Below, one piece after another: positions 49,625-52,302 of a stretch of DNA of 52,302 nucleotides. Positions within the stretch are counted from its first letter, which is position 1, and the number at the start of each line of letters is the position of its first letter. The position numbers and the translations under genes were made by a program. The notes under the pieces are model-generated. The model was not told where the DNA came from, made no database searches, and saw only the letters and a list, made by a program, of their open reading frames with translations. The stretch is from Octopus bimaculoides (taxonomy: Eukaryota), in contig NC_068988.1 of the NCBI RefSeq assembly GCF_001194135.2, forward strand, positions 66,542,188-66,594,489, in the 5' to 3' direction.

Positions 49625-49892
49625 TAGGCATGGACAACCTTTTTATGAGAAGTGGTCCACATGAGACACAGCTTATCAACGTACGAATAAATAACTTGAG
49701 AAAATGACCACCTCTGAATTGTTAAGTACGTGAAAAAAGCCTACTGCTTGGTATTGAAAACATGAGTCTTGAACTATCTCGATAGACAGCAGTTAATCAA
49801 AGCTAATGCGTAGTTTTATAACTTTTTGCGACCCACTAGGATTCCGTTCGCGAGCCACTGATGGGTCGCGACTCATAGTTTGGGAACCACTG
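49625..49892. mobile_element. Possible hAT-type MITE
   Basis: The right end TTTGGGAACCACTG is followed by GTCTACAC. The putative left end TAGGCATGGACAACC matches poorly and the TSD is not confirmed. Confidence 0.35.
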
Positions 49893-50351
49893 GTCTACAC
49901 CATGTACTCACCCAATCTCTCTCTCCCTTTCTCTCAAGACATAGTAACTACACACTATACACACATACACACACATCTTTATTTTCATCTTTTACTTCTT
50001 TCAGTCATTAGACAGAGGCCATGCTGGGGCACAATGTTGAAGAGTTTAGTTGAACAAATCAACCCCAGAGCTTATTTTTTTAAGCTGATACTTATTCTAT
50101 AAGTCTCTTTCACCAAACTGCTGGGTTATGGAAATGTAAACAAACCAACACTGATTGTCAAAGAGACAAACCTAACACAAACACAAAGACATGCAGACAC
50201 ATAAATGAATATACCGAATCCACTGATAAAGCACTGGTCAGCCCAGGAATATAGTGGAAGGCCCTTGTCCTAGGGTGCCATGCAGTGGGACTGAACCAGA
50301 GATCACATGGTTGGGAAGCAAGCTTCTCAACCAAACAGTCGCAGCTGTGCC

Positions 50352-50398
<47 letters not shown>

Positions 50399-50876
50399 AT
50401 GTATATATGTGTGTGTGTATGTATATGTGTGTGTGTGTGCATGGATGTATGTATATATATATATGTGTGTGTGTGTATATATATATATTCATCCATGTCA
50501 TTGATGAATATTCATTTATGTGGGTACTCTAACAATGATTTGATGCAGTTTGTTATATTTAACTCAAGTCGAAAATTCTGGTACTGTGCACCATCTCTTA
50601 GCATGACAAAAAATATACCTGTATATTTATACATATGCATATACATACATATATATGTGTGTGTGCATATATGTATGTACGTGTGTATGTATGTATGTAT
50701 GCTTGTATGTATATATGTATATGTATGTATGTATATGCATGCATGTATATGTATGTATGTATATGTATGCATGTATATGTATGTATATGTGTGTATGAAT
50801 GTATGTATATATGTATGCATGTATATATATATTTATTTTCTCTCTTTGTTTTCTCTCGTTGTTTTTTTCTGTGTTC

Positions 50877-50912
50877 CTTTCTGTGGAAGAGCGTAGGCTC
50901 GAAACGTTAAAG
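50877..50912 (+). ncRNA. Minimal type I hammerhead-like motif with a variant core (CUGUGGA)
   Basis: CTTT-CTGTGGA-A-GAGC-GTAG-GCTC-GAAA-CGTT-AAAG. Stem I is CTTT/AAAG, stem II is GAGC/GCTC, and AACGTT is palindromic. Confidence 0.62.
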
Positions 50913-51260
50913 ACTTTTTCACTTCCCGAGCGTTAAACTGATAAATTTTTTTGTTGTCTACACTACCTGTCTTCGTCTTTTGTTTTTTTTTTGTGAATTT
51001 TCCCCCTATATATATGTNNNNNNNNNNNNNNNNNNNNNNNNNNNNNNNNNNNNNNNNNNNNNNNNNNNTATATATATATATATATATATATATGCCCATA
51101 TGAGTTAGAGGTTAATAAACCATCTAAGGGATATAGAATATTCAATATGCTACTGGATGTATACCTACGTATTTTTAACCAAGTGCTTACTATTGCATGG
51201 TAACATCGCAATTGAATACTAGTTATAAGTGGGGGTAAATTGGAAATTTACCCATGATTT

Positions 51261-52191
51261 ATAAGGCAAATAAGAAGATGGAGAGAATATAACATCAACA
51301 AACATCAGCCAGTAAACATTCTGTTATATCTATTTATTAAATGATAACAAACATCTGTTTAAGTGTTACAAGTAAATGAATAAGATCAGCCAATAAATAC
51401 GTAAACCGATATATATATATATATAGAGAGAGAGAGATGAATGAATAATAAAAGATGAGTGTACATATACAAATCACTTACGGCCGTTTCTACCATCAGG
51501 CCTCAGAATCCTCCAAGTCATCCTCATTGTGTCAGTGATATACAGAGATGAACAAACATTGGACAGAGATTGGGTAATGGTTGAGCCTCAAGGCATCTTC
51601 AGAAAGTACAAATGTTAGGAAATTAACATGTGGGAAATTCAGTTGGAATAATAGAGTAGGGTAAATAAGATATGATTGAGTAAAATAGGTAAAAATATGA
51701 AATAATGTAATGTAATAGACATGGTAAAGGAAAGTAAGAACTTCATTTTTAGATTTCATTATAACCCATTTTTTATGATACTGTTTTACTGAATCATATC
51801 TTATTTACCCTACTCTATTATTCCAACTGAATTTCCCACATGTTAATTTCCTAACATTTGTACTCTCTGAAGATGCCTTGAGGCTCAACCATTACCCAAT
51901 CTCTGTCCAATGTTTGTTCATCTCTGTATATCACTGACACAATGAGGATGACTTGGAGGATTCTGAGGCCTGATGGTAGAAACGGCCGTAAGTGATTTGT
52001 ATATGTACACTCATCTATTATTATTCATTCATCTCTCTCTATATATATCTGTTTACGTATTTATTGGCTGATCTCATTCATTTACTTGTACCACTTAAAC
52101 ACATGTTTGTTATCATTTAATAAATAGATATAATGGAATGTTTACTAGCTGATGTTTACTGATTTTATATTCACTCCATTTTCTTATTTGC

Positions 52192-52196
<5 letters not shown>
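51261..52196. repeat. Long inverted repeat: arms of about 420-430 bp, 92-nt spacer
   Basis: Arms 51261-51688 and 51781-52196. The core 51453-51677 versus 51792-52016 has 225 bp with a single mismatch and no indels. Confidence 0.95.
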
Positions 52197-52230
<34 letters not shown>

Positions 52231-52302
52231 TTACTAGGAAACAGATGCATCGTGCTCAATTAAATAATAAATAATACATTATATGTATATATATATATAT
52301 AT

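Overview
Repeat-saturated, gap-rich animal genomic window. The SINE families and AT/CA/TG microsatellite load look like an octopus or other coleoid cephalopod; this is inferred from recall, not from a search. The only host coding sequence I can support is two + strand exons (3152-3317, 20010-20171). They splice in frame into the kinase-homology (pseudokinase) domain of a natriuretic-peptide-receptor-type membrane guanylyl cyclase. The rest is probably intron of that gene. It holds several tRNA-headed SINE families, an internally deleted piggyBac, piggyBac/hAT/mariner MITEs, and decayed mariner, RTE and Penelope-like (PLE) ORFs. The most interesting signal is a set of minimal type I hammerhead ribozyme (HHR) motifs. 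One lies in a 360-bp unit with a partial direct repeat (retrozyme-like, 20670-21159). Two lie in a tRNA-headed element arranged as a head-to-head palindrome (40698-41263), where each arm carries a different core lesion. Others are at 50877 and, degenerate, at 20572 and about 51963. Three large fold-backs fall within 13 kb (39796-39981, 40698-41263, 51261-52196). No CRISPR, rRNA or intact tRNA genes were seen. Most ORFs in the supplied track are artefacts of N-gaps or microsatellites.
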